Positions 14,253 through 22,614 of a stretch of DNA of 47,474 bases are shown in pieces. The notes under the pieces are model-generated. The model saw only the letters and a program-made list of their open reading frames with translations. It was not told the origin of the DNA and searched no databases. Each line of letters begins with the position of its first letter. Position 1 is the first letter of the stretch. Position numbers and translations under genes: made by a program. The DNA is taken from positions 1-47,474 of IMG/VR virus record IMGVR_UViG_3300015189_000001. One strand, written 5' to 3'. The stretch comes from a virus.

Positions 14253-14468
14253 ATGGCCCGAACGCGGCGATGGCCCGACGATGCAGAAGAAGAACGAACA
14301 GACGCCATCGCGTATTTTGTCGATTTGGAAAAGCTCGGACGGATGATCGAGGCACAGGCGCGACTTGATCCCGTTCTTGTCGAAAAGCTCGCGATTAAAG
14401 TCCAGCTGGCAGCCGCCTACGGCAAACACGTGCTTGAGATGGCACGACCGACGAAGCCCACGGAATAA
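14253..14468 (+). CDS. Hypothetical protein (71 aa)
   Basis: ORF in the rightward chain. Confidence 0.5.
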   Translation: MARTRRWPDDAEEERTDAIAYFVDLEKLGRMIEAQARLDPVLVEKLAIKVQLAAAYGKHVLEMARPTKPTE

Positions 14469-14532
14469 CGAAGCCACGCGGTGCGTAACCACCCGTGGCG
14501 CGGCACACAAGCAACTGTGGAGGCAGTCACCT

Positions 14533-15375
14533 ATGAGCAATCCAAGTATACACCAAGACCGGCTCAGCGACACAACGACTTCCTACCTTGCGCGCATTGG
14601 CGAGACGCCGTTGCTCCGCCCTGCCGAGGAGCGCGCGCTGATGGCGCTGATCCGGGCGGGCGATGCTGATGCGACCGAGCGCTTTATCTGCGCGAACTTG
14701 CGGCTAGTCGTGAGTATCGCCAAGAAGTACACGCGACGTGGGCTCGACTTTGACGACCTCATTCAGCTCGGCAATCTCGGGCTGCTGAAGGCCGTCAGCA
14801 TGTTCAATCTGGACGCAGGAACCAAGTTCTCGACCTACGCCGTGCCGTGGATTAAGCAGGGTATCCAGCGGGCACTGGACGACCAAGTGCGCGCGATTCG
14901 CGTGCCGGTGCATGTGTCCGAGTCGCTGCGCATGATCCGGCGCGCCTACAACCGCTTCGATCATGAGCCGACGCGGCAGGAACTGGCCGACGCGCTCGGC
15001 TGGTCGGTTGCGAAGATCAACGCGGTCTTGGAAGGCACCAAGGACGTGCGCAGCCTGGATGCGATGATCGGCCCAGAAGAGCATCAGCAGCCATTGGCCG
15101 ACGTGCTGGCCGCGCCGCCGGAGGACTTCAGCGCGCATCCAGCACAGGCCGACCTACGCGCAGGCCTGGACGCGGCGCTCAGCGCACTACCGGATCGGAC
15201 ATCCCAGATGTTGCGCTATCGCTACGGGCTAGAGGACGGAACACCGCACACACTCGACGAGACGGGCGCGCTGCTCGGGCTGACCCGCGAGCGCGTGCGA
15301 CAAATCGAGTATGAGGCACGCAAAACACTACGCGAGTCCTGCCAAAGTCTGCGCGTGTACATGGAGGCGGTGTAG
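14533..15375 (+). CDS. Sigma-70-family RNA polymerase sigma factor (280 aa)
   Basis: Region 2: LRLVVSIAKKYTRRGLDFDDLIQLGNLGLLKAV..FSTYAVPWIKQGIQRAL. Region 4.2: LGLTRERVRQIEYEARKTL. GGAGG SD. Confidence 0.85.
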   Translation: MSNPSIHQDRLSDTTTSYLARIGETPLLRPAEERALMALIRAGDADATERFICANLRLVVSIAKKYTRRGLDFDDLIQLGNLGLLKAVSMFNLDAGTKFSTYAVPWIKQGIQRALDDQVRAIRVPVHVSESLRMIRRAYNRFDHEPTRQELADALGWSVAKINAVLEGTKDVRSLDAMIGPEEHQQPLADVLAAPPEDFSAHPAQADLRAGLDAALSALPDRTSQMLRYRYGLEDGTPHTLDETGALLGLTRERVRQIEYEARKTLRESCQSLRVYMEAV

Positions 15376-15377
15376 CT

Positions 15378-15626
15378 ATGAACACGCCATACGACGCCAT
15401 CATGGCGCAGCTCGTGGAGATCTACGCCGCTGGCCGGGCCGATGCAACGTGCGGGCGCTACGCCGCCAGCACGCCCGAGATGACCGCGCTGCTTGACACG
15501 ATCCATGCGGAATGGATGGAACAGCTGTGCCGCACGAGCGCCGGGCTACTGCCCTTCGATGACACGCACGAGCGTGCGGTAACGCCGGATTGGCTGCGGC
15601 GGATGCAAAGTAATCACCATGTTTGA
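15378..15626 (+). CDS. Hypothetical protein (82 aa) immediately after the sigma gene
   Basis: It starts 3 nt after the sigma stop. Confidence 0.55.
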   Translation: MNTPYDAIMAQLVEIYAAGRADATCGRYAASTPEMTALLDTIHAEWMEQLCRTSAGLLPFDDTHERAVTPDWLRRMQSNHHV

Positions 15627-15741
15627 CAAAACACTGTCCTATCAAATCGACTGCATCGTCTATCTGCTAGAGTCGCGCCCGCCCTGGCCGGTGCGGATTA
15701 TCCTACGCGCCTGGAAGCGCACCCTAGAGCGAAAGAACTAA
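15619..15741 (+). CDS. Mini-ORF (40 aa)
   Basis: MFDKTLSYQIDCIVYLLESRPPWPV... It overlaps the upstream stop. Below the cut-off. Confidence 0.3.
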   Translation: MFDKTLSYQIDCIVYLLESRPPWPVRIILRAWKRTLERKN

Positions 15742-15744
15742 CCG

Positions 15745-17814
15745 ATGAGCCATGCATCACTTCTTGATACTGCGCTCCATTATGCTCAGCAATTCGGCTG
15801 GGCGGTGCATCCGGTCAACATCAAAAAGAAGCCGATCACCGAACACGGACGCAATGACGCCACAACTGAGGAATCGGTTATTCGTCGTATGTTCCACAAC
15901 GGTGCGCAGATTGGCGTGGCAACCGGCACCGAGAGCGGCTTATTTGTGTTTGATGTCGATTACGACGAAAAGCGCGGCATTAACGGCTATGAGACGCTTG
16001 AGTACCTTGAAGCAACATATGGCAAGTTGCCGCTCACCCCGCACCAACGCACCGGGCGCGGCGGCACACAGTACCTGTTCCGCTATGTGGATGGCCTCAA
16101 GAACAGCGCCAGCGCCAAGGAGATCGGTGCAGGCATCGACACACGCGGCGCTGGCGGCTACATCGTCATCGCACCGAGCCACAATACCAATGGCCCCTAT
16201 GAGTGGATTGCGAGCCCCGATGATACGCCGCTGGCCGATGTGCCGGAATGGCTGGTGACACTGCTCAAGAAGCCCAAGCAGACCACACCAGCAGGCACCA
16301 CAACCGCGACGGGGGATGATCGGGCCTACTGCCTCAAGATGTTGGGGCAGGCGGTCGCACGCTGCGCAACCGCTGCCGATGGCACCAAGCACGATACGCT
16401 GCTGAAGATGGCGACATGGATGGGCGGCTTTGTTCCTGCGATTTCGGATTTAGAGATCGAGAACGCATTGTTCTCCGCTGTGGCGCTGGTGGCGGATGAC
16501 CCAGACGGCGCGCGTAAAACCATCCGTGACGGCATCGCCTACGGCAAAACGCGACCGCTGAATGTGCCGCCGTTGCGCACCGCGTCTGTGCGAACAGATG
16601 TGAACCCAGCGACGGGCGAGGTTATTGCAAAACCGCCTGTTGAATATATCCCAGGCCCACAGGAAGACCCCGAGAGCCAGCAAATTATCGACCGCCTAAA
16701 GCTCATGGGTTATTCCTTTCGACTGAACCTCTGCACGGATAGCATCGAGGTCAACGGCACCAAGATTAGTGATGTGATGGCAGCCGAGATCCGCACAGCG
16801 TTGCGTGACATCGGGCTATCTAAAAAGATAGCAGCTGCGGAGGATGCGTATGTTTCCTACGCAAAAAAGGACGCCTACCACCCTATTCACGATTACTTGA
16901 ATAATCTGAAGTGGGACGGTCATGATCACATCGGGCAACTTACCAGTTGTATGGACAGTAGCGACCCACCGATTGTGTATCAGGACGGAACGATCGTCCC
17001 GCAACACGCCGTGTACATCTACCGCTGGCTGATCGGCGCTGTCGCCAAGGCACTCGATGCGCAACAGCTCATGATGCTGGTATTGGACGGTGTAACCAAA
17101 CTCGGCAAGTCAACGCTCTGCGCGTGGCTCTGCGGCGGCATGCCGGATTATTTTATCGAGTCGAGCATCAACCCATCTGACAAAGATACGGATGTACGGC
17201 TGATCGATCGCTGGATTTGGGAAGTTGCCGAACTCGACGCCACCACGCGCAAGGCCGATCAGAGCGCACTCAAAAGCTTTATTACCAAGCGACATGTGAC
17301 TGTGCGCAAATCCTATGGGCGCTATGACATCACGAAGCCCGCTTTGGCGTGCCTGATCGGGACGGTCAACAACTCAACCGGCTTCCTGAAAGATGACACC
17401 GGCAACCGGCGCTTCATGATTACCTGCCTCACCCGACTGGATTTCAGTTACGAGATGATCGATGTGAATCAGCTTTGGGCGCAGGCTGTTCATCTGTACC
17501 GCAACGGTGAACCCTGGAAATTGGTAGGCGAAGAGGAAGAAGCGCAGAATGATACAAACAAACGCTATGAAGAAGAAACGACCATGGCCGACTGGCTTGA
17601 TTATTATTTTGATTTCGACCCTGAACTCTCTTCTACTGAATGGAGTTTAGCCGATTTGTTGATCGTGATGGCCGCTGAGTACAAACCGACTGGCACGGAG
17701 GCCAAGCAGACCGCTGAGCTATCCCGCATTTTACGCAGCAAGGGCGCAACGAAGAAGCATGGCCGCACAGGTAACCGCTGGGTTGGTATATCACGTCGAA
17801 GAGAGTCCCTGTGA
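15745..17814 (+). CDS. Bifunctional primase-polymerase (prim-pol) / SF3 P-loop helicase (VirE/D5-like), 689 aa
   Basis: N-terminus: GWAVHPV...GLFVFDVDYD...GGYIVIAPSH. Walker A: VLDGVTKLGKST. A basic C-terminal tail. Confidence 0.85.
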   Translation: MSHASLLDTALHYAQQFGWAVHPVNIKKKPITEHGRNDATTEESVIRRMFHNGAQIGVATGTESGLFVFDVDYDEKRGINGYETLEYLEATYGKLPLTPHQRTGRGGTQYLFRYVDGLKNSASAKEIGAGIDTRGAGGYIVIAPSHNTNGPYEWIASPDDTPLADVPEWLVTLLKKPKQTTPAGTTTATGDDRAYCLKMLGQAVARCATAADGTKHDTLLKMATWMGGFVPAISDLEIENALFSAVALVADDPDGARKTIRDGIAYGKTRPLNVPPLRTASVRTDVNPATGEVIAKPPVEYIPGPQEDPESQQIIDRLKLMGYSFRLNLCTDSIEVNGTKISDVMAAEIRTALRDIGLSKKIAAAEDAYVSYAKKDAYHPIHDYLNNLKWDGHDHIGQLTSCMDSSDPPIVYQDGTIVPQHAVYIYRWLIGAVAKALDAQQLMMLVLDGVTKLGKSTLCAWLCGGMPDYFIESSINPSDKDTDVRLIDRWIWEVAELDATTRKADQSALKSFITKRHVTVRKSYGRYDITKPALACLIGTVNNSTGFLKDDTGNRRFMITCLTRLDFSYEMIDVNQLWAQAVHLYRNGEPWKLVGEEEEAQNDTNKRYEEETTMADWLDYYFDFDPELSSTEWSLADLLIVMAAEYKPTGTEAKQTAELSRILRSKGATKKHGRTGNRWVGISRRRESL

Positions 17815-17820
17815 ACCCTC

Positions 17821-17855
17821 TGTGAACCCTCTACTGCGTAGGGTTCACACTTTTT
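17821..17855 (+). terminator. Intrinsic terminator built from two inverted iterons
   Basis: TGTGAACCCT-CTACTGCGT-AGGGTTCACA followed by CTTTTT. Confidence 0.55.
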
Positions 17856-17900
17856 AAGGCTTCCTGATGCGGCTGTGAACCCTGTGAACCCTGTGAACCC

Positions 17901-17933
17901 TATATACCTATATACCTATATACCTATATATAG
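17901..17933. repeat. Tandem 8-bp repeat TATATACC (about 3.9 copies), probably the DNA-unwinding element
   Basis: Read directly. Confidence 0.8.
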
Positions 17934-18088
17934 CCTAGAGCAGCAGGGGTACACAACCGCACAGCCGTCTATGTTGTTAGCTTTTTCGGGTTCACAGGGT
18001 TCACAGACCGTTTCACCGCAACACAATGCTCTATCCTGTGTGAGCCCTACGGTTCACAGAGGGTTCACACACACACAAGAGGGTTCAC

Positions 18089-18412
18089 ATGAAGCAATAT
18101 GCAATACCGCCAAGAGGGCGCACCAAACTGATTCCCTGCCTTGATTGCGGCGTGACGTTTGAGGATTTGAGCGGGCATCAACTGTGCGATGGTTGCCTGG
18201 TCGAGTATGTCAACGGCGCTGGCGAACTAGAGTACGACGAACTACCCACCGCGCCCACCACACGCCCGGCCCTAATCTTTATCGGCATTGCACGCGAGTA
18301 TTGGCGTGAAGAGGCCGCACGCGGCTGCACAGCGGCGCTGGGACGGCTCCGCACGATCGTTGCGCAACGCGGATGCGACTTCGATGCGACGATGCGCGAG
18401 GTGGGGCTGTGA
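18089..18412 (+). CDS. Zinc-ribbon protein (107 aa)
   Basis: CLDC...CDGC. The ATG abuts the last iteron. Confidence 0.55.
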   Translation: MKQYAIPPRGRTKLIPCLDCGVTFEDLSGHQLCDGCLVEYVNGAGELEYDELPTAPTTRPALIFIGIAREYWREEAARGCTAALGRLRTIVAQRGCDFDATMREVGL

Positions 18413-19041
18413 AATACAGTGTGATTACACTTGACCCGCCCTGGCCGTACGACCGCACAGCGGGGCAGGGCGTGGCGAACAAGCAGTACAGCCTCATGAC
18501 GTGGGATGACCTATACGCGCTCGGGCCGCTGGTCAAGGCCGTGGCTGCGCCCGATTGTGCGATCTTCATGTGGACAACCGCGCCGCTGCTGTTTGAAACA
18601 GTGGACATGGTGAAGGCATGGCGGCTGCGCTACGTGACCAAGGCGTTCAGCTGGGTCAAGACCTACCGCACGGGCGGGATCTTCTTCGGGATTGGGAGCT
18701 ACACCGCATCGAACACAGAGGATATGTGGCTGCTTTCCAATGGCACGCCAAAGCGCAAGGCGAAAAACGTGTCGCAGATTGTGCCGACAGTTGAACAGGC
18801 CGTCGTGACGCCGATGGGCGCGCACAGCGCAAAGCCCGAAGAAGTGTATAGCCGGATTGAGCGATTGATGAGCGGGCCGTATTTGGAGCTGTTCGCACGT
18901 CGGCAGCGACTTGGCTGGACGTGCATCGGGAATGAACTGGACGGCCTTGATGTGCGCGAGTCGTTGCGACGGCTTGCCGCTGATGAGACGTTGCCAAGCG
19001 TGGCGCTCGCCAGCCCGCAGGCTGCAATGGAGCTTGTATGA
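18409..19041 (+). CDS. MT-A70-family N6-adenine DNA methyltransferase
   Basis: VITLDPPWPY (DPPW motif) ...GAHSAKPEEVY...ELFARR. GTG start overlapping the upstream stop. Confidence 0.8.
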   Translation: MKYSVITLDPPWPYDRTAGQGVANKQYSLMTWDDLYALGPLVKAVAAPDCAIFMWTTAPLLFETVDMVKAWRLRYVTKAFSWVKTYRTGGIFFGIGSYTASNTEDMWLLSNGTPKRKAKNVSQIVPTVEQAVVTPMGAHSAKPEEVYSRIERLMSGPYLELFARRQRLGWTCIGNELDGLDVRESLRRLAADETLPSVALASPQAAMELV

Positions 19042-20384
19042 CGCACACACCCAACGCGCGCCACCGGACGCCGCTGGCAGCCGCTGAGACGCCCGCCGCG
19101 CTGGCCGATGGCACGATGCCGTGCGAGGATGCGGTGGGGGTGCCGAAGCAGATGCCAGAGATTGGCGGCAATGGGTGGGGAACATCGTACACAGGAATAC
19201 AGGCAAAGCGCTACAGCAAAGGCTACGACATGACCGCACCACTGAAAGCGCCCTACCCCTGGCCGGGCGGCAAATCCGACGCCGCGCCGCTCATCTGGAG
19301 CTATCTGGGGGATTGCGGCAATTACGTCGAGCCATTCGCCGGGAGTGCCGCCGCGCTACTCAGCCGCCCGCACGACCTCACCGGCAAGACCGAGACGGTC
19401 AACGACATCGATGGCTTCGTGGTCAATGCGCTGCGTGCCATCGCTTACGCACCCGATGAGACCGCGCACTGGTGCGACTGGCCGGTGTCTGAGGCCGATC
19501 TGACCTCGATCCATTTGTGGCTGAAAGCGCAACGCCCTGACCTGACCGCGCGCCTGTTTGCCGATCCCGAGTATTGCGATCCGAAGATCGGAGGCCGATG
19601 GCTGTGGGGCATCGCATCCTGGATTGGTGATGGCTGGTGCGTGGCCGATGGGCCGTGGATTGTGCAGGACGGGCTGCTGGTGGACAGGCGCACGATCGGG
19701 AGCGAGGTGGAGGGGGTGAAAAAGCAGATGCCGCAAATACAGGCGAAGAGCGCGCATCAACAACAGCACACAACCGGCATTCAATCCTACCGCGCACAGG
19801 GCGTGCCGCGCCAGATGCCGGTTGTGAGCGGCAACAAACCAGGCACCGAGCGCATGGGCATCAACACCTACATCGCCCCCGGTGCGCTGCTCGACTACTT
19901 CGCACGCCTCTCCGACCGCCTCCGCCGCGTGCGCTTCCTGTGCGGCGACTGGCAGCGCGCGGTCAAAGATAGTGTGACCGTCAACCACGGTATGACCGCA
20001 ATCTTCCTAGACAGCCCCTACCCGACCGCAGAGCACGATATGGCCTATCACGCCGAACATGGCCGCGACGTGTGGTACGAGGCCGCACAGTGGGCCGTAG
20101 GGCACGGTGACGATCATCGTCTGCGCATCTGTGTAGCCGGGTACTACAGCGAGGCCACCGACGCGCTGTTTCCGCCGACATGGGCGCGCGAGCGCTGGCA
20201 GGCGCGCGGCGGGTACGCCAATCAAAAGACCGATGGGCGCGGGCGGGCGAACGCCAAGCGAGAATGTTTGTGGATGTCGCCGCATTGCCTTGACCCACTG
20301 GAACAGGCCAGGGACGCGCTGAGCAGGCCGGTGGTGGTGCGCGAGAGCGATTACGCGGGCACGCTGTTTGAGGAGGCCCTATGA
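19038..20384 (+). CDS. Dam-like (D12-class) N6-adenine DNA methyltransferase with an N-terminal extension and a large insertion
   Basis: YPWPGGKS...YVEPFAGSAA...NDID and FLDSPYP. ATGA coupling at 19038. An alternative start lies at 19230. Confidence 0.7.
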   Translation: MTHTPNARHRTPLAAAETPAALADGTMPCEDAVGVPKQMPEIGGNGWGTSYTGIQAKRYSKGYDMTAPLKAPYPWPGGKSDAAPLIWSYLGDCGNYVEPFAGSAAALLSRPHDLTGKTETVNDIDGFVVNALRAIAYAPDETAHWCDWPVSEADLTSIHLWLKAQRPDLTARLFADPEYCDPKIGGRWLWGIASWIGDGWCVADGPWIVQDGLLVDRRTIGSEVEGVKKQMPQIQAKSAHQQQHTTGIQSYRAQGVPRQMPVVSGNKPGTERMGINTYIAPGALLDYFARLSDRLRRVRFLCGDWQRAVKDSVTVNHGMTAIFLDSPYPTAEHDMAYHAEHGRDVWYEAAQWAVGHGDDHRLRICVAGYYSEATDALFPPTWARERWQARGGYANQKTDGRGRANAKRECLWMSPHCLDPLEQARDALSRPVVVRESDYAGTLFEEAL

Positions 20385-20542
20385 CTCAGCACTGCACCCA
20401 CTGCTGGACACCGACCGCGCAGGCCCTGGCGCGCGCGAACGCCGCAACGGTGGCGCACGAGGTCGCACAGGCGCTGCTGGCACGGCTGCTGCGCGAGGCG
20501 ACGGATGCGGAGAAGGAAGCGAAGGGACGCGATGACGACTGA
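20381..20542 (+). CDS. Small hypothetical protein (53 aa)
   Basis: MTQHCTHCWTP... ATGA overlap with the Dam-like stop. Confidence 0.4.
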   Translation: MTQHCTHCWTPTAQALARANAATVAHEVAQALLARLLREATDAEKEAKGRDDD

Positions 20543-20870
20543 ACGCTATGCGGTTAAAATAGCCACAGCGGCGGCGATGCTTGAGGTGTCGCACTCCACG
20601 ATTCGCGCCTACATTGCTGATAATAAGCTCCAGGCGATCGGCAGTGGGCGCGGGTTGCGGGTGTCCGTTGAGTCGATCGAATCCTATGCACGAGGGGAGC
20701 ACCGGCAATGGCAAAACGTAAAAATGGCAAGGGTGGAAGTACCTACGGGGCCGGGAGCGTCTATCCGAATCCTGACGGATCGTGGAACGCCCAAATCTAC
20801 ATCCACGGCAAACTCATCCGGCGCCGCGAAGCCACTCGTGCCGCCGCTGAAACCACGCTCGCCGCGCTGA
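20532..20870 (+). CDS. Excisionase-type HTH protein (xis-like). The frame runs 163 nt into int.
   Basis: VKIATAAAMLEVSHSTIRAYIADNKL. It lies directly upstream of the integrase. Confidence 0.5.
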   Translation: MTTERYAVKIATAAAMLEVSHSTIRAYIADNKLQAIGSGRGLRVSVESIESYARGEHRQWQNVKMARVEVPTGPGASIRILTDRGTPKSTSTANSSGAAKPLVPPLKPRSPR

Positions 20871-21925
20871 ACGATCAGAAGCGCGAGGGTGTTGATCTCA
20901 AGCGTGGATTGCAGTCGCTCACCACGTTCGCGGATTACTGGTTCCGCGAAATCTACCTCCAGCGCACACTTGCCATCAGCTCGATCAAGCACACCCGCGA
21001 CATGTTAGAGTTGCATATTTTGCCCACGATTGGCAATCGCCCGATTATGGATGTGAGCCATGCCGAGTGTCAGCAGCTGCTGAACGACTTGCGGCGGCGT
21101 CCGAAGAAAAAGCCGCTATCCGCCCAGACGATCACCCATGTCCACGGTGTGCTGGTGCAGATCTTTGATGCTGCCGAGGCCGAGCACCTCGTGCGCTGGC
21201 ACCCGGCCCGCGCATTAGAAATCCCCAAGATTGTGCGGATACAAAAAGACGCCATGCCCGTCGCCGCCATGCAACGCTTTTTGCACTCCATCGAAGGGCA
21301 TCGGAATGCGACCGCGTTTCACATCATGGCGACGCTCGGCACACGCCTGGGCGAGACGCTGGGATTGCGGCGCATCGACTGTAACGCCGACTTCACGGTG
21401 ATTCGTATTGAGCAGCAGATTGACTATCACACCGTCACGGCCACCGACCCCAAGCACGGATCGAAGCGCCCGCTGCCGGTGCCTCCCAGGCTGGCTGCGC
21501 GCCTCGCTGCGCAATGGGAGAGTGTATCGCCGCATGCTGACTGGGCCGAGCATGGGCTGCTGTTCCCGAGCGAGGTCGGCACGCGGATGCACCCGCGCAA
21601 CTTTGAGCGCACCTGGCATGGGCAGGATAAGGTTGTGATACGCAAGGGCAAGAAAGAAAAGGTCTATTATTCCGGCCTGCGTGAGCGGGGCGGGCTGCCT
21701 GAAGGAACGATCCTGCACGACTTTCGCAAGTTCGTGGCGTCCCAGCTCGAAGATTGCGGCGTCGAGCAGCGCACGATTGGACACATTCTCGGACACGGCG
21801 CGAAGAACGTGACCGAGAAGTACATTCTTCGCAGCCTGCCGACGATGCGGCGGGCGCTGGAAAAGCTAGAGGCGGCGCTGTGGGCAGAGCAGGAAGCGGC
21901 GGACGCGGGCGAAATTCTCTCATAA
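20708..21925 (+). CDS. int: Tyrosine recombinase (phage integrase)
   Basis: TLGTRLGETLGLRR, HDFRKF, GHILGH and EKY supply the R..H-x-x-R..H..Y residues. The N-terminus GSVYPNPDGSWNAQIYIHGK looks like an arm-binding domain. Confidence 0.9.
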   Translation: MAKRKNGKGGSTYGAGSVYPNPDGSWNAQIYIHGKLIRRREATRAAAETTLAALNDQKREGVDLKRGLQSLTTFADYWFREIYLQRTLAISSIKHTRDMLELHILPTIGNRPIMDVSHAECQQLLNDLRRRPKKKPLSAQTITHVHGVLVQIFDAAEAEHLVRWHPARALEIPKIVRIQKDAMPVAAMQRFLHSIEGHRNATAFHIMATLGTRLGETLGLRRIDCNADFTVIRIEQQIDYHTVTATDPKHGSKRPLPVPPRLAARLAAQWESVSPHADWAEHGLLFPSEVGTRMHPRNFERTWHGQDKVVIRKGKKEKVYYSGLRERGGLPEGTILHDFRKFVASQLEDCGVEQRTIGHILGHGAKNVTEKYILRSLPTMRRALEKLEAALWAEQEAADAGEILS

Positions 21926-21972
21926 TATTGCAATAAAACTCGCTTGCATTCTTCTTGGTTTTAGGGTACAAT
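21915..21972 (+). promoter_or_regulatory. Promoter module A: conserved upstream box plus TTGCAT-17-TACAAT
   Basis: About 31 of 36 nt match module B at 29392. It contains the palindrome TATTGCAATA. Confidence 0.55.
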
Positions 21973-22013
21973 AACCATATTGAAGTTATGTCGTTACCCG
22001 AAAGGTCAAAGCC

Positions 22014-22265
22014 ATGTATCGCGATGTTATCCTCCAAGCGCTCACCACGAACGCAACCATGAACGACGATCAGTTCGTCGCGTTCCTGCATACACTCGGA
22101 ACCGATGCTGTGGGGATGCTCGGCGCGTTACAAGAACTGATCGCGCTGGTTGAGGATGGCATGGTCATTATGTCGGAGCGGGTTGATGCTACGGGGCGTG
22201 TAACTGGTGGCGTGTACAGTCGCCCCACAATGCAGCGGGTCGCTGCACAGAAGCTTGCAGCATGA
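22014..22265 (+). CDS. Possible winged-helix protein (83 aa)
   Basis: LQELIALVEDGMVIMSERVDATGRVTGGVYSRP. Confidence 0.45.
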   Translation: MYRDVILQALTTNATMNDDQFVAFLHTLGTDAVGMLGALQELIALVEDGMVIMSERVDATGRVTGGVYSRPTMQRVAAQKLAA

Positions 22266-22474
22266 CCAACAAGGCAAAACCAGGCGGCCGCCGGGAACCT
22301 CCCGGCGGCCGCCCGAGAAAGCACAATGTCGAACTCAAGGTTCACATTAAAAAAGAAGTACGCGAAAAAATAGTGAGCGCGGCGCAGAGTGAGGGGTTGA
22401 CGCTTGGGGAGGTGGTTGAATATTTGGTTGATGGTCGTTTGGACTTAACTACAGAAAGCACAGTTAAGGACTGA
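22262..22474 (+). CDS. Ribbon-helix-helix-like small protein (70 aa)
   Basis: Basic N-terminus, then LKVHIKKEVREKIVSAAQSEGLTLGEVVEYL. Confidence 0.45.
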   Translation: MTNKAKPGGRREPPGGRPRKHNVELKVHIKKEVREKIVSAAQSEGLTLGEVVEYLVDGRLDLTTESTVKD

Positions 22475-22564
22475 ACCACTCGCAAGATGATCATGAAACC
22501 AAGGGCTCAGGGCAAAAGGAAAGCCCTAGCGTAAACCGCTAAGGCTTCACAGAGGGATCGGGAG

Positions 22565-22614
22565 TGGTGAGCCGCGAAGGACTTGAACCTTCAACCCGCT
22601 GATTAAGAGTCAGC
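22565..22614 (-). other. attP core: 3' portion of a tRNA-Lys(CUU) (anticodon arm, variable loop, T-arm, acceptor 3' strand, CCA)
   Basis: Minus strand: GCTGA-CTCTTAA-TCAGC GGGTT GAAGG-TTCAAGT-CCTTC GCGGCTC A CCA. No matching 5' acceptor or D-arm is present. It lies 640 bp from int. Confidence 0.7.

Larger units (their letters stand above)
17806..18090. other. Candidate origin of replication: 11 copies of GTGAACCC(T) iterons flanking an AT-rich tandem repeat
   Basis: Forward copies at 17811, 17822, 17875, 17884 and 17893. Reverse copies at 17841, 17988, 17997, 18051, 18061 and 18081. TATATACC x3.9 at 17901..17933. Confidence 0.65.

Noticed and set aside
17875-17933. Tandem 9-bp and 8-bp repeats as a CRISPR-like array.
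   Set aside because: The repeat units are far too short, they are directly abutting with no spacers, and they form part of an iteron/AT-rich origin architecture.
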